IMG/VR virus record: IMGVR_UViG_3300032046_000003
Coordinates: 64,001 to 128,000 of that record
Strand: one strand, 5' to 3'
From: a virus
Taxonomy: Duplodnaviria > Heunggongvirae > Uroviricota > Caudoviricetes
Length of the DNA stretch: 64,000 bases
Part shown: positions 16,048 through 26,611 of the stretch, piece by piece
Numbering within the stretch: position 1 is the stretch's first letter
How the letters are laid out: each line of letters starts with the position of its first letter
The notes under the pieces: generated by a model
What the model saw: only the letters and a program-made list of their open reading frames with translations
Databases searched by the model: none
What the model was told of the DNA's origin: nothing
Translations under genes and position numbers: made by a program

Positions 16048-16731
16048 GTGTATATCCGTCAGGTAATTACAGCCCAAAACTGCATTGTAGAAATGCCCAA
16101 GGGACATGAATGCGGATATTTGCAGAACTTAACTATAAATGCCAATTATAATTTACAGCCCGTAAGAAATTTGTATCAGCATACAATTCAACATCATGCT
16201 TTAGGCATAGTTGAATATAACGCAACAGCCCAGAGAGCCTTTGTAGAATTAGATTCTATTTTTGGTAATGATAAAAATATTTTGGATTTCTTGAATGGTA
16301 TACAAGGAATAAAGAATACTGTTGGAAATTTAAATAGCGCTGGAGACCAATTGAGGCAATTTATGGATAGCGTCGGAACTGTGGCAAGATCGATATATGA
16401 TTTTGCTACTAGTTTTACAACTCCCAAAATTGATGAAATAGAAGACACTATAAATAAACTTTTAACTGGTGAAAAGAATATTGGAGATTTATTTACAATA
16501 TTTGAATTTGATATAAGAGTAACAAATCCAATTGTAAAATTTCCAAATTTCGAGAGTTCAGAACTTAACGAGTTTTTAAACAGAACAATAGGGAACAGAC
16601 AAGAATTATATATTTTAAATGGATGTAAGGTTTCGTCTAGAAGTACAATAATCACACCCGCTAATGTGGCGGTAATGGAGAATATAAATATAGTCGCTAG
16701 GAATCTTACAGACTCGGTTTTTAAACAGTAA
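16048..16731 (+). CDS. Tail tube-like protein (paralog 3, divergent)
   Basis: GYLQNLTINANYNLQPV...YNATAQRA...FEFDIRV...GCKVSSRS...VMENI shares the pattern of the other two tube proteins; GTG start. Confidence 0.6.
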   Translation: MYIRQVITAQNCIVEMPKGHECGYLQNLTINANYNLQPVRNLYQHTIQHHALGIVEYNATAQRAFVELDSIFGNDKNILDFLNGIQGIKNTVGNLNSAGDQLRQFMDSVGTVARSIYDFATSFTTPKIDEIEDTINKLLTGEKNIGDLFTIFEFDIRVTNPIVKFPNFESSELNEFLNRTIGNRQELYILNGCKVSSRSTIITPANVAVMENINIVARNLTDSVFKQ

Positions 16732-16745
16732 AGGGGGGTGCAGAA

Positions 16746-17240
16746 ATGGAAGAAGAAAAAAAAGTAGAAGATAAAAAAGAAGTACAAGAATTGGATCCTA
16801 TTAAGTTGGCAAAAATAGAATTGGGCAAAGATTACAAGGCTACGATAACCACATGTTTGATAGATGAAAAGGATAAAAATAGGAGAATTAACTTTCAATT
16901 TTCGGTTCACGTGCCTTCGGTTAAAGAAGAGCTTCAGGTTAATGTTAGAGAGCAAGAAATAATTGGAAGTAATTTAAACAATATGTTGGTATTGACAGCC
17001 GTAAGGATGATAGCTGTTTTAGACATAGTGGTCGATGGGATAACAATGATTGATGATGAGGGTAAGGCTATAGTTATTGATTTATCATTCTGGCAAATGA
17101 TACAACAAATGAAGGCTGTGGGAAGAGCTTACAAAGAAATAGTTATTCCTTTATATACTAAATTTATGGAATTTCAACAATCTATAGAAACTGACTTTGA
17201 TTCATTAAAAAAAGCATTAGCACAGCTTGGGAAGAAATAA
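16746..17240 (+). CDS. Tail assembly chaperone (gpG-like)
   Basis: Two genes upstream of the tape measure, ends with an A7 slippery run. Confidence 0.75.
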   Translation: MEEEKKVEDKKEVQELDPIKLAKIELGKDYKATITTCLIDEKDKNRRINFQFSVHVPSVKEELQVNVREQEIIGSNLNNMLVLTAVRMIAVLDIVVDGITMIDDEGKAIVIDLSFWQMIQQMKAVGRAYKEIVIPLYTKFMEFQQSIETDFDSLKKALAQLGKK

Positions 17241-17506
17241 AATTCAAAATTTGGCAAAAATATGGGCTGCCCTGGGCTGTGCAAGATACCACTGCTATGC
17301 AATATCTTTTGTTATGTGCGCATGCTGTATTAGAACAAGAAAAACAAAATAGTGGTGGAATAAGCGAAGTTGATGCAAATGATATTTGGAATAAGAAAAT
17401 AGAAGAAGCCAATGAGAGAGCTGATCAAAGAAGAAAATCAAAAGAAGAATTAGTAAAAGAAGCCCAAGATAAAATAATTAGACAAATAGAGGAAAATAAA
17501 AAATAA
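17207..17506 (+). CDS. -1 frameshift extension of the tail assembly chaperone (gpGT-like, about 253 aa total)
   Basis: TTA AAA AAA GCA: A-AAA-AAA at 17207-17213; the -1 frame is open (KKSISTAWEEIKFKIWQKYGLPWAVQDTT...) and contains track ORF 17279-17506; its stop overlaps the tape measure start. Confidence 0.78.
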   Translation, partial: KKSISTAWEEIKFKIWQKYGLPWAVQDTTAMQYLLLCAHAVLEQEKQNSGGISEVDANDIWNKKIEEANERADQRRKSKEELVKEAQDKIIRQIEENKK

Positions 17507-19308
17507 TGCCATCAGAGTTTTTTGATATTTTTACAGGCAGTCCTGGAAGAAGAGCAGAATCTGTTCATAGCGCGGCTATGTCAGATCAACAGCAAAGAGA
17601 TATTCTTAATACATTTAAAGATGTTGCGAATATATTAAAAACCAGCGCTGACCAAAATGCTAGATTAGCTAGAGGTGAAATGCAATTACCTCAGCAAAGT
17701 GCTACAGTTGATGTGTTAAGAAATGTACCTAGAGCGGTAGAAGGTGCAATAGGAGATTATTTTAGGAAACAAGGAATTACGCCTGAACTTTATTCTGGCG
17801 AAATTGGAAAAGCGTCTATGCAAATGGCTAGAGGGGGAGCGCCTTCTCTACCTAAGTTTGAAGATGAAATATCTAAAATAACTTCAACAATTCGTCAAAT
17901 GAATGATGAAGCCGGAAGAGCTTCTTCAAGTGGTGGATTTTGGCGTCAAGCTTTAATGGGTGGAGTTGGTGGAGCCGCAATGGTTGGTGGGATGATGAGC
18001 GGTAATCTTATAGAGATAATGTCGGGAGCATTAAATGCCGGGCAATCTATAAGAGGCGCTTTTGAAAAAGGTGGAGCGAGAGGAGCGGCAGGAGCAACAG
18101 GACAAACTCTTATAGGGATGGCTTTGGCAGCCGGTCAAGCCGCTTTTCAAGAAGCACAGCAATATGTACCACAAGCTTTAGAAGCAGGTTATACAATTTC
18201 AAGAATTAGAGGATTGGGTGGTGGATTAACTCAAGGCGAAGCCGGTATGGGTCAATTAATGGGAATGGGTAGATTAGGCGGAGCCCAAGTTCTTTCAGCT
18301 CAACAAATATTACAAGGTACAGAAATGTTTGCTCAAACTGGTGGAGGTAGTGCGGCTCAATTAACAGAATTTACTGGAAGAATGAGAGACTTTTTTGTAG
18401 TGTATGGTCAAGCTGGAGTTCAATTATTACAAGCTGCAAGAAACTTACAACAATGGGTACCCGATGGTGATATGTCTAAGGCTTTTGAAGATGCTATAAA
18501 TAAATCAAGAGCCGTAGGAATAGAATCTCCTCAACTACAAATTGAGAGAGCTTCGGCTCTTGCTCAGGTTGGTAAACAACTTGCAATAACTGATTATAGA
18601 AATATTGGTGGCCGAATAACTGCTGTTGCAGATACAACATCCGCTTTAGCAAATATAGGATTAGGTGGTCAAGCTGGAGTTTCTGCTGTACAAGAACTTG
18701 GACAAGGATTTGGTGGAGCTTTACACAATGCTTCTCAATTTGCATTTTTAAGAGCAGCGGGAATATCAAATCAAAGAATATTTGAAATAGGAACTGGTAA
18801 AGTTCCAATAACTGCCAAAGAAATAGAAGCTGTATCTAAATTTACTATGAAAGGCGTAGGTGCATTACCTGAATTTGCTCAATTAGCCGCTTTACAAAGT
18901 ATACCAATGTTTCAAGGACCTGAGGCTGCTGCGGCTATTGAAAGAATGGACATAGCTCCAGAAGTTAAAGCAAGATTATTAGGAACTAGACATAGTCAAG
19001 CTTCTGTAACTGAACAAGCTAAATCTACAGTTACTGATACAAGATTCAAAGGTGTTGTGGATGCATACGGTGGAACATTAAAATTAGAATCAGAAAAAAT
19101 CGGTAAAGGCTTTACTGAGGGAATGACAACCTTATTAAATACGTCTACAAATATTAAAGGTGCGGGTCAAAAAATAGTTGATGGGGCATCAACATTCGCT
19201 GGAGCGGTTAGTCATTTTGGTAAAATAGTAACCAGCATGTCTTCTTCTACAGGAGGAACCATATCTACTGGTAAACAATCTATAATCGGCAAGCCTCAAA
19301 GGAAATAA
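17506..19308 (+). CDS. Tape measure protein
   Basis: Long Gly/Ala/Gln-rich helical protein directly after the chaperone pair. Confidence 0.75.
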   Translation: MPSEFFDIFTGSPGRRAESVHSAAMSDQQQRDILNTFKDVANILKTSADQNARLARGEMQLPQQSATVDVLRNVPRAVEGAIGDYFRKQGITPELYSGEIGKASMQMARGGAPSLPKFEDEISKITSTIRQMNDEAGRASSSGGFWRQALMGGVGGAAMVGGMMSGNLIEIMSGALNAGQSIRGAFEKGGARGAAGATGQTLIGMALAAGQAAFQEAQQYVPQALEAGYTISRIRGLGGGLTQGEAGMGQLMGMGRLGGAQVLSAQQILQGTEMFAQTGGGSAAQLTEFTGRMRDFFVVYGQAGVQLLQAARNLQQWVPDGDMSKAFEDAINKSRAVGIESPQLQIERASALAQVGKQLAITDYRNIGGRITAVADTTSALANIGLGGQAGVSAVQELGQGFGGALHNASQFAFLRAAGISNQRIFEIGTGKVPITAKEIEAVSKFTMKGVGALPEFAQLAALQSIPMFQGPEAAAAIERMDIAPEVKARLLGTRHSQASVTEQAKSTVTDTRFKGVVDAYGGTLKLESEKIGKGFTEGMTTLLNTSTNIKGAGQKIVDGASTFAGAVSHFGKIVTSMSSSTGGTISTGKQSIIGKPQRK

Positions 19309-19312
19309 TTAA

Positions 19313-21325
19313 ATGGTTCAAGAGACAGGTCCTCAATATTTTATTAGGATATTCACATCAGATGGAGAAATAAATCCTAATAATATATTTTCTATAAATA
19401 CAAGCAAAGATTTATATTCAGATACGGGTAGTTGGTCAATAGAAATGAATTATGACCAACACTTTTTTGATAAATCTATACAAAATTCAGTTACATATAG
19501 TCAAGATTCAGTATTTTTTAAAGTAAAACCTATGGATTATGTTGAGATATACTTATCTCATCAGTTGCCTGAAACTGGATTTGGTGTATATGATATAAAT
19601 GGACAATTTGTAAGAAATTTTGATGAAACTGTAAATTCTTCAGGTTCAAGAATAAAACAAGATTTAACAACAACCTCATCTTTAGATATAGTCGAAAGAA
19701 TATTAAATCCTCATTTAGTTTTCTGTGGATTTGTAGATGCCGTAGACAACAATTTTGCTATAGGCGAAAATTCAACAAATAACAGAGTGATTATAAGAGG
19801 CAGATGCCTATCTAAATTTTTAATTAACCATCATCTATTTTTTAATTTTCCATTTTCTGACTTATTATTAAAACAAGTTGAGGGTCAAATAGCTTTATTA
19901 GGATTAAGACCAAATGAGGCCATAGATTTAGTATTATCGACATATTGCCAAGCAGTATTATCTAACAATGAAGTAAAATTTGTCAAACAGTCTGTTGTTG
20001 ACAAAGCTGGAGGAATAGCTGCTTATACTAAAAAAATAGAAAAAACACCTGCTCATATTATAGTTTGGGGAGACGAAAAAGATTCTGAATATTTTAGTCA
20101 AATAATACACAATGCTGATCCTAGTTTTAATAACATATACTGGGGAACAAATTTAGATTCAGCAAGAAGCGCTAATGTGCCTAATGGAGAATTAATTCCT
20201 CAAAAAGGATATTTTGATTGGGGAAGAATGGAATATGTAGACTCTATAAATAGAAACATATTTAATATTTCTTCTGATTCACCTGTGTTTAATTTATGCA
20301 AACAAAGCGCTCAATTACCATTTAATGAATTCTTTGTAGATGAAGTAGGAAATGTGGTAATGAGAAAAGCATTAGATGCATGGGATTATAATTCTCAAAG
20401 CACCATTGATACTCAACAAAACAAACTAATAAAAGATTGGGTTGAATTAAAAGAAGAAGATATAATAAGCTGGAATTTTTCAATTAGCGACGATGAACTT
20501 AAAACTTTGATTCTTTCTATACCATGTGCATCTGTTTTTGCAAATGCTCCTATAATGGCAGGCACTGTTGGGATGGCCCCGGTTTTGGAAGAAACTGTGC
20601 AAGAATTTGCTAAGGAATCTGAAAAGAGTTTTAAAGATGATTTGCAAACTTTACAATTAAAAAACAAAGGTACGCTTACTTCGTCAGAATCAGCAAAACA
20701 AAAACAAGAATTAATAAATACTTTACAGCAAATAAGACAAAAACAAAAATTTCATTTAGACCATTATGATTTATCAACTAGAGAAGGAATATTAGCATTT
20801 TGGGCAAGATATGGAATAAGACCTGAATCTATAAATGATTTATATTCAGATACTTTTAGTAAGTTTTATACATCGGCTTGGAGTCTATTTCAAAAATATG
20901 CAAATTTTTGGTGGAAAGGTACTTTTATAGTTACCGGAGATGCTAAATATAAAATAGGCCAAAAAGGTAAAATAAGAAATTTTGCTAAAGATGCTAATAA
21001 TGTTATAAGAAATTTTAACTTTTATATACATGGTGTAAGTCATAAATTTACTTGGGGAGAACATTGGATTACTCAAATAACTTTTACTAGAGGCGAGATA
21101 GAAAACACGCAAATAAGTCAAAGCATTAAGCCCATACAAATAAAATATTCTAATCAACCTAATAAAAAATTACCAGTTAATCCTGCAACAAAAGCTGTTC
21201 AAAAAGTTATTACTGGTGATAATACGTATATATCTTCTACTAATAATCAAACAGGTATTGGTGATATAATACTTACTGGAACTGTTCAAAGTGTAACAGA
21301 TCCTAATCGTCAGTTTAACGAATAA
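19313..21325 (+). CDS. Baseplate hub protein
   Basis: Position after the tape measure; GSWSIEM, VKPMDYVEIY, VFCGFVD, IRGRC..KFL, EFFVDE, GTFIVTGD...IGQ, FYIHGVSHKF, TQITFTRG hub motifs. Confidence 0.78.
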   Translation: MVQETGPQYFIRIFTSDGEINPNNIFSINTSKDLYSDTGSWSIEMNYDQHFFDKSIQNSVTYSQDSVFFKVKPMDYVEIYLSHQLPETGFGVYDINGQFVRNFDETVNSSGSRIKQDLTTTSSLDIVERILNPHLVFCGFVDAVDNNFAIGENSTNNRVIIRGRCLSKFLINHHLFFNFPFSDLLLKQVEGQIALLGLRPNEAIDLVLSTYCQAVLSNNEVKFVKQSVVDKAGGIAAYTKKIEKTPAHIIVWGDEKDSEYFSQIIHNADPSFNNIYWGTNLDSARSANVPNGELIPQKGYFDWGRMEYVDSINRNIFNISSDSPVFNLCKQSAQLPFNEFFVDEVGNVVMRKALDAWDYNSQSTIDTQQNKLIKDWVELKEEDIISWNFSISDDELKTLILSIPCASVFANAPIMAGTVGMAPVLEETVQEFAKESEKSFKDDLQTLQLKNKGTLTSSESAKQKQELINTLQQIRQKQKFHLDHYDLSTREGILAFWARYGIRPESINDLYSDTFSKFYTSAWSLFQKYANFWWKGTFIVTGDAKYKIGQKGKIRNFAKDANNVIRNFNFYIHGVSHKFTWGEHWITQITFTRGEIENTQISQSIKPIQIKYSNQPNKKLPVNPATKAVQKVITGDNTYISSTNNQTGIGDIILTGTVQSVTDPNRQFNE

Positions 21326-21335
21326 AGGAATTAAA

Positions 21336-22079
21336 ATGCCAGAAGAATATACATCTTTATTTTTAGATAATACATTATTTATAGCTCAGGTTATACAAGT
21401 ATATCCTAAGAGAGTTGTGGGAAAACAACAAATATCAAATAATGTGGAAGTTGAAATTGTTCACGAGGCTTATACAATAGATGTAAAACCAGCAGCTCAT
21501 AGATTAGCAATACAAGGAGTTAGAGTAATAACATCAAATACCGGCGGTAGTAATAAAATTTTAAAATCAGGTGAAGTCTATATGCCCTCTATTGGAGATT
21601 GGGTTGTATGTGCATATTTAGAGGGGTACCCTGATTTTGCAGTTTGTTTGGGAGCAATATACAATCCCGGTATAAATGAACCTTCAGAGCAAGGTGAAGT
21701 TATTGAAGATTATGTAATTCATCATCAATCTGATTCTTTTATAAGAATGAGAAATTTAGAAAAAGCTGTCAATCCTTCGTCAACAATATCACGATCAGAA
21801 ATAAAAATAAATCATAAAACGGGGACTAAAATAGAATTAACAGAACCTAGTGTAAATAAATGCGAATGTAATATTTTACATAATTCTGGTACACTATTTA
21901 AAATAGACGTGGATGGTAACATAGAGATATACACTAAAAAAGACATTAAGGTTCTGGGGAAAAGCGTAGTTCTGGGCGATGAAGCAAAAGCGCAAGGAGT
22001 CCAAACTGCTCAAACAATTGGATTTTGTCGTTTCACTGGAGAGCCATTTCAGGGACTGCCTAATATAAAGGCTGGTTAA
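21336..22079 (+). CDS. Baseplate central spike protein (gpV/gp45-like)
   Basis: OB-fold AQVIQV...MPSIGDWVVCAYLEG...LGAIY followed by beta-helix repeats (H.SGT...ID.DGNI). Confidence 0.75.
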   Translation: MPEEYTSLFLDNTLFIAQVIQVYPKRVVGKQQISNNVEVEIVHEAYTIDVKPAAHRLAIQGVRVITSNTGGSNKILKSGEVYMPSIGDWVVCAYLEGYPDFAVCLGAIYNPGINEPSEQGEVIEDYVIHHQSDSFIRMRNLEKAVNPSSTISRSEIKINHKTGTKIELTEPSVNKCECNILHNSGTLFKIDVDGNIEIYTKKDIKVLGKSVVLGDEAKAQGVQTAQTIGFCRFTGEPFQGLPNIKAG

Positions 22080-22082
22080 AAA

Positions 22083-22865
22083 ATGAAATGGACAAAATTA
22101 AAACTATCTAACTATATTACAACATCTGCATTAGGAAAAAGTGAAATAACTTTAAAAAATGGTGGTCTTTCTAATGCAACTAAAGATATTATTTTGGGCA
22201 TATCTAGCGGATTAGTTCAAAGTCATTCAGACTGGCAAAATACAGTAATGATAAACAACATTCAAGCTAATGGAGGAACATGCTCCGCGCTTGGACCATT
22301 AATAACTCCAGCTACAGGAATTGCTTTAATGGGGTTATGGTCACAAAAATTAAGTCCTAATGTTGTTAAATCTAATATAATAAATCAATTTCCGAGCAAA
22401 ACCATAGTTGAGTTAAAATCATATTTTAAGAATTTGTGCGAATCGATTGCAAGCGGATTTGTTGTGTCTTTTAATCAATGGTTAGATACGACCAGTATTA
22501 ACAATATAATAATAACCGGTGGAATATGTTCATGTCAATCACCTCCAAGTTCTCCCATAGGTTCTTATTCTAATGGAATAGGCAATCTTTCAATTTTAGA
22601 AGGTAATATTCCAGTAAAACTTCAAAAATCAGTTATTAAAAATAACATAATTGCGTATTTAAAAGGCACTGTTAGATTAAATGAATCTGGTAATGCAACT
22701 AAATATTTGTTGCAATTTATAGATTCAGTTTCAGAAGGTATAATAAATATGCATAATGAATGGCTTTCAGGTACTCAAATCATAAATATTCAAGTTAACG
22801 GGGGAACATCAACATTTTTAGGGCCACTCATATCATCAATAGGAAGTAATGGAGTTATAAAATAA
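22083..22865 (+). CDS. Baseplate-associated protein with three internal repeats
   Basis: Repeats ISSGLVQSHSDW...NGGTCS / IASGFVVSFNQW...TGGICS / VSEGIINMHNEW...NGGTST. Confidence 0.55.
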   Translation: MKWTKLKLSNYITTSALGKSEITLKNGGLSNATKDIILGISSGLVQSHSDWQNTVMINNIQANGGTCSALGPLITPATGIALMGLWSQKLSPNVVKSNIINQFPSKTIVELKSYFKNLCESIASGFVVSFNQWLDTTSINNIIITGGICSCQSPPSSPIGSYSNGIGNLSILEGNIPVKLQKSVIKNNIIAYLKGTVRLNESGNATKYLLQFIDSVSEGIINMHNEWLSGTQIINIQVNGGTSTFLGPLISSIGSNGVIK

Positions 22866-24565
22866 TGCCAACATTTACATCAATACCATCTGGATTTAAT
22901 GAAAGTTTAGACTCAACAACAGATTTTATAGGTGGAACTTATACAAATTATGCTAAGCCATTTCAAAATTTAACAAGTGCTGTTTATGTAAAACAATCTG
23001 GACAAGATATTCCATACACTTTACAAGATATTGATTTAGATGGCCAATTAGAAATTGTAGTTGGTAGTGCTACAGGGACAGTTCTAGTTAGTTATAATTA
23101 TCAAAACGGAACATCACCTTATAACCAAGCAATAGAAATAACTGTTTTTAATCCAACTGGTACACATAATAATTATATAACAGTCTCTAATTTTCCTATT
23201 ATAACTATTACCACACCTGTAACCGGCACTATTGATGGCGTGGGAAATCAACTAATCAGAATTGGCAATATGTCTGGTAAAATTGATTCAAGTTATATTT
23301 ATGATTCCGGTGAACTTGGAACCATGGCTGCATCGGCAGTTAGTAAAAATCAAGAAAAATTAGATTTACAAGATTCTATTACAAGTTTATATAACACAAA
23401 GAATGACAAATTAAAAGAACATAATGTTAATATAAAATTTTCAGTATTTTATAACGAAGGTTACGACTATGTAGTATCTTTTCCTAATGAAAGCCAATTT
23501 TATCAAGACGAATTTGATTCTATAGGGACTTGGCAATGGTTAACATACGGGCCTTTGCAATCAACTTGGTATTATTATGGCGGAAATTCTGAAATTTATT
23601 ACGATAAATTAGAGAAAGAGCTTACTTATAATAGACAAGAAATTACTACTTCTACCTTAGAAGGCTATCAGCAGCAAATAAAAATTCCAAGAGGTTCATT
23701 AACATTAACAATTCCTGCATCTTCTAATTATAGCGGAATTGCAGTACCCGACAAAGCTATTGATGGACAAATAGGATTAACAAATGCTTATCAAAGTAGA
23801 AATTTAAATCCTGCGACAGTGTATATACAGCTTGATCAGCCTGCTTATTTAACCAAAATTAGAATAAATCCCTCTCCTGAATCTGTACTTGAAAGAATTG
23901 AAAGCGTAAAATTATCAGATACCCAATTTGGAAGTTATATAGAGCTTTTAAAAAATCCCATAGATGTGGCTAATGAATGGATAGATATAGATACTTCTTC
24001 GGGAAATAGTTTGGGAATAACAATACAAGATGATAATTCACAAGATTTAATTTATTTGCCTAAGAAGCAATGGATTGCTGTAAAAGTATATAGGTCTTTA
24101 GAAAGTGATGTTTGGATAAATGAAATAGAGATTTACAAGGCAAATTACAGTACAATCCAACAAACATTTTTAGACAATACTTGGGCTTTTTATAATCAAA
24201 ATCTAGTTGACGCTGCTAGAGTTTATGGACCTAATGTTGGATGGGACACGATTCCTCCTACGGGAAGAGCAACTTGGTCCCAAGCCAGATTTGCTTCAAC
24301 TTTAACGGGTGGTCCTTCAGGCGGAATTACAACTAGACAACAAGCAATAAGTGCTTGGTTGGCAAGACCAGAAATTCAATCAATAATAGCTCAAGTTAAC
24401 GCCGAGGGCGATGGCATATATTTAAATAATCAAAAAAGATTGTGGAGGGATAAATTTAATAATAGCGTTACTCAACAATTTAGTTTACAAAATTCTATTA
24501 ATGACAACGCGGTTAGCATAGTAAAAATAAATTCAGAGCTCAACGATTATTCTAGATATATATAG
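22865..24565 (+). CDS. Virion structural protein with discoidin/F5-8-like domain
   Basis: DKAIDG...VYIQLDQPAYLTKIRI...WINEIEIY galactose-binding-domain pattern; in the baseplate cluster. Confidence 0.5.
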   Translation: MPTFTSIPSGFNESLDSTTDFIGGTYTNYAKPFQNLTSAVYVKQSGQDIPYTLQDIDLDGQLEIVVGSATGTVLVSYNYQNGTSPYNQAIEITVFNPTGTHNNYITVSNFPIITITTPVTGTIDGVGNQLIRIGNMSGKIDSSYIYDSGELGTMAASAVSKNQEKLDLQDSITSLYNTKNDKLKEHNVNIKFSVFYNEGYDYVVSFPNESQFYQDEFDSIGTWQWLTYGPLQSTWYYYGGNSEIYYDKLEKELTYNRQEITTSTLEGYQQQIKIPRGSLTLTIPASSNYSGIAVPDKAIDGQIGLTNAYQSRNLNPATVYIQLDQPAYLTKIRINPSPESVLERIESVKLSDTQFGSYIELLKNPIDVANEWIDIDTSSGNSLGITIQDDNSQDLIYLPKKQWIAVKVYRSLESDVWINEIEIYKANYSTIQQTFLDNTWAFYNQNLVDAARVYGPNVGWDTIPPTGRATWSQARFASTLTGGPSGGITTRQQAISAWLARPEIQSIIAQVNAEGDGIYLNNQKRLWRDKFNNSVTQQFSLQNSINDNAVSIVKINSELNDYSRYI

Positions 24566-24575
24566 GAAATAAATT

Positions 24576-25232
24576 ATGAATAAAAACAAATATTGCAAAT
24601 GCGGTTGTAAACAAATAGTTAATAATAAATTTGTTCAAGGTCATAATAGCAAGGGTAAAAATAATCCTATGTATGGTAAACATCATTCTGTAAAAACTAT
24701 AAAAAAAATGAGTCAATCTCGCAAAGGTAAAATTTATATTGCTAGAGAAACTCGTTATTGCAAATGTGATTGTGGATTTTCAAAAGAAGTGAAAATAAAT
24801 TCTAAATGGAAATTTAAAAGAGGACATGGTGGTATAGGAAAAAATAATTCTATGTACGGTAAGCCTTCTCCTAATAAGGGTAAAAAAATTAAACCTTGTT
24901 CTGAAAAAAGAAAGAAAATAAATAGATTTTTAGCTATTAAAAGAATAGAGGAAAATCATGGAATTTGTATGCCGGGATATAACAAAAAAGCATGCGAGTT
25001 TTTTAAGAATTATGACGAGAAAAACAATACCAAAGGTCATTATGCTGTTTACGGTGGTGGAGAACATTATATTAAAGAGCTCGGTTATTGGCCTGATTAC
25101 ATAAACTTTGATAAAAAAATAATAATAGAGTTTGATGAAAAATATCATAATAAAAGACTTGAGAAAGACGCTATTAGACAGCAACAAATTCAGAAATTAT
25201 ACCCAGATTTTGAATTTAGGAGAATGAAATAA
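24576..25232 (+). CDS. Free-standing homing endonuclease-like protein, paralog C (CxCGC + NUMOD3-like)
   Basis: CKCGC..FVQGH, GKNNPMYGK; PGYNKKACEFFKNYDEKNNTKG...LGYWPDYINFDKKIIIEFDEKYH. Confidence 0.78.
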   Translation: MNKNKYCKCGCKQIVNNKFVQGHNSKGKNNPMYGKHHSVKTIKKMSQSRKGKIYIARETRYCKCDCGFSKEVKINSKWKFKRGHGGIGKNNSMYGKPSPNKGKKIKPCSEKRKKINRFLAIKRIEENHGICMPGYNKKACEFFKNYDEKNNTKGHYAVYGGGEHYIKELGYWPDYINFDKKIIIEFDEKYHNKRLEKDAIRQQQIQKLYPDFEFRRMK

Positions 25233-26611
25233 TGGCGCAATTAACGTCTGATAAATATAAACCACCGATGCTTGTATTAGAGTACTTCGAAAAAGTGCCT
25301 GGATTGGGGGTGCCATCAGTACAATCAACTCGAGAATTATCTAATATAACTAAAATTATAACTGATAGTTTGAGCAATAACGAAACAATAGCAAAATATA
25401 CTGAAGAGACCCAAAAAATTAATTTACCTAAAGCTGCTGATATTGGAGCTAGTCCTAGCGCTGGTAAATATGGATTAAATCAAATACAAAATTCAGGTCA
25501 AAAGTTTTCCAAAGTAAAAAGCATAACATCTTCTGATGTAAATCAATCAGGTACTCCATTTGATAATAGCTCTACTGAATCTGGATTATCAAAACTAGAT
25601 ATACAAACTGCAAGAAATTTGTATTCACAAGGTAGAATTCAAAGAGTAGATGAGGGTGTGTGGGTTAGATTAAGTACACCCACCGGAACTTTAAGTTATC
25701 CTACACCGCATATTTTGCTTGCTAATGTTCCTTCGGCGACTGAATACGTATATCCCGCGGCAGCGCCAGGAAGCACTACTCCAGGTGACACAAGCGTTAA
25801 TTATTCTACTAATAAAAAAGGAAGATATAAAAAACAATTTGGCGGAGATGATACTTTTAGGGTATTAATGTTAGAAGATGATGCTAGAAATATAACACCA
25901 AGTGGAGATGGAAGAATATGGGTTGTAATAAGATATTATAAGGGATGGAATTCTACAATTGATGAAGACACAATAACTTTAGGATTACCTATTCAAACTG
26001 ACAATTCTGCTGATACAATTTTTACAAAAACAGTTTCATTAATTTTAAACAAAAAACAAAGAGATGCTTTACTTAATCTTTCTAAAAATGCTGATGCAGC
26101 AAAAAGGCTATTAGACCAAAATTTATATGTTATAGATTTTCAAGCAATATCAACTCATAGTGATAACTTTGGTTTTGGTATTGAACGATTTGATTTTTCA
26201 GGTGATTCTAGAAAAACTGTTCAACAAACACGTGGCAAATATACCACCTTTGATATAGCTGAAGATAACTTTTTTGTTGATACGTGGGCTAAGGCGCCAG
26301 AAAGCATAACACTATCTGGTGTAATAGAGCTTCCATATGGATATGAAAGCAATGTTACGACTCTTAATGGCAGTACAATAGCCGGAAAAGATGGTTCATT
26401 TTTAAATATGATAGAAAAATTCTTTTTGTGGAATAATAATCCTAATAGAGTTAATAGGGGCGATTATATGATGCTTAGAGATTTATATCGTAAGCAAAAT
26501 TATAAGGTTACGTTTAAATCTAGAAGATATTCACAATCTGTAGAAAGACAAAGTTTGGTGCCTTTTGAATTTAATTTTATAGTATTAGATACAATTTCAG
26601 GAGATTATTAA
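25232..26611 (+). CDS. Baseplate/tube-initiator-like structural protein
   Basis: C-terminal TRGK...D.W...PESITLSG...Y.VTF.S..YSQSVERQ.L.PFEFNF resembles tail-tube initiator (gpU-like) proteins. Confidence 0.5.
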   Translation: MAQLTSDKYKPPMLVLEYFEKVPGLGVPSVQSTRELSNITKIITDSLSNNETIAKYTEETQKINLPKAADIGASPSAGKYGLNQIQNSGQKFSKVKSITSSDVNQSGTPFDNSSTESGLSKLDIQTARNLYSQGRIQRVDEGVWVRLSTPTGTLSYPTPHILLANVPSATEYVYPAAAPGSTTPGDTSVNYSTNKKGRYKKQFGGDDTFRVLMLEDDARNITPSGDGRIWVVIRYYKGWNSTIDEDTITLGLPIQTDNSADTIFTKTVSLILNKKQRDALLNLSKNADAAKRLLDQNLYVIDFQAISTHSDNFGFGIERFDFSGDSRKTVQQTRGKYTTFDIAEDNFFVDTWAKAPESITLSGVIELPYGYESNVTTLNGSTIAGKDGSFLNMIEKFFLWNNNPNRVNRGDYMMLRDLYRKQNYKVTFKSRRYSQSVERQSLVPFEFNFIVLDTISGDY

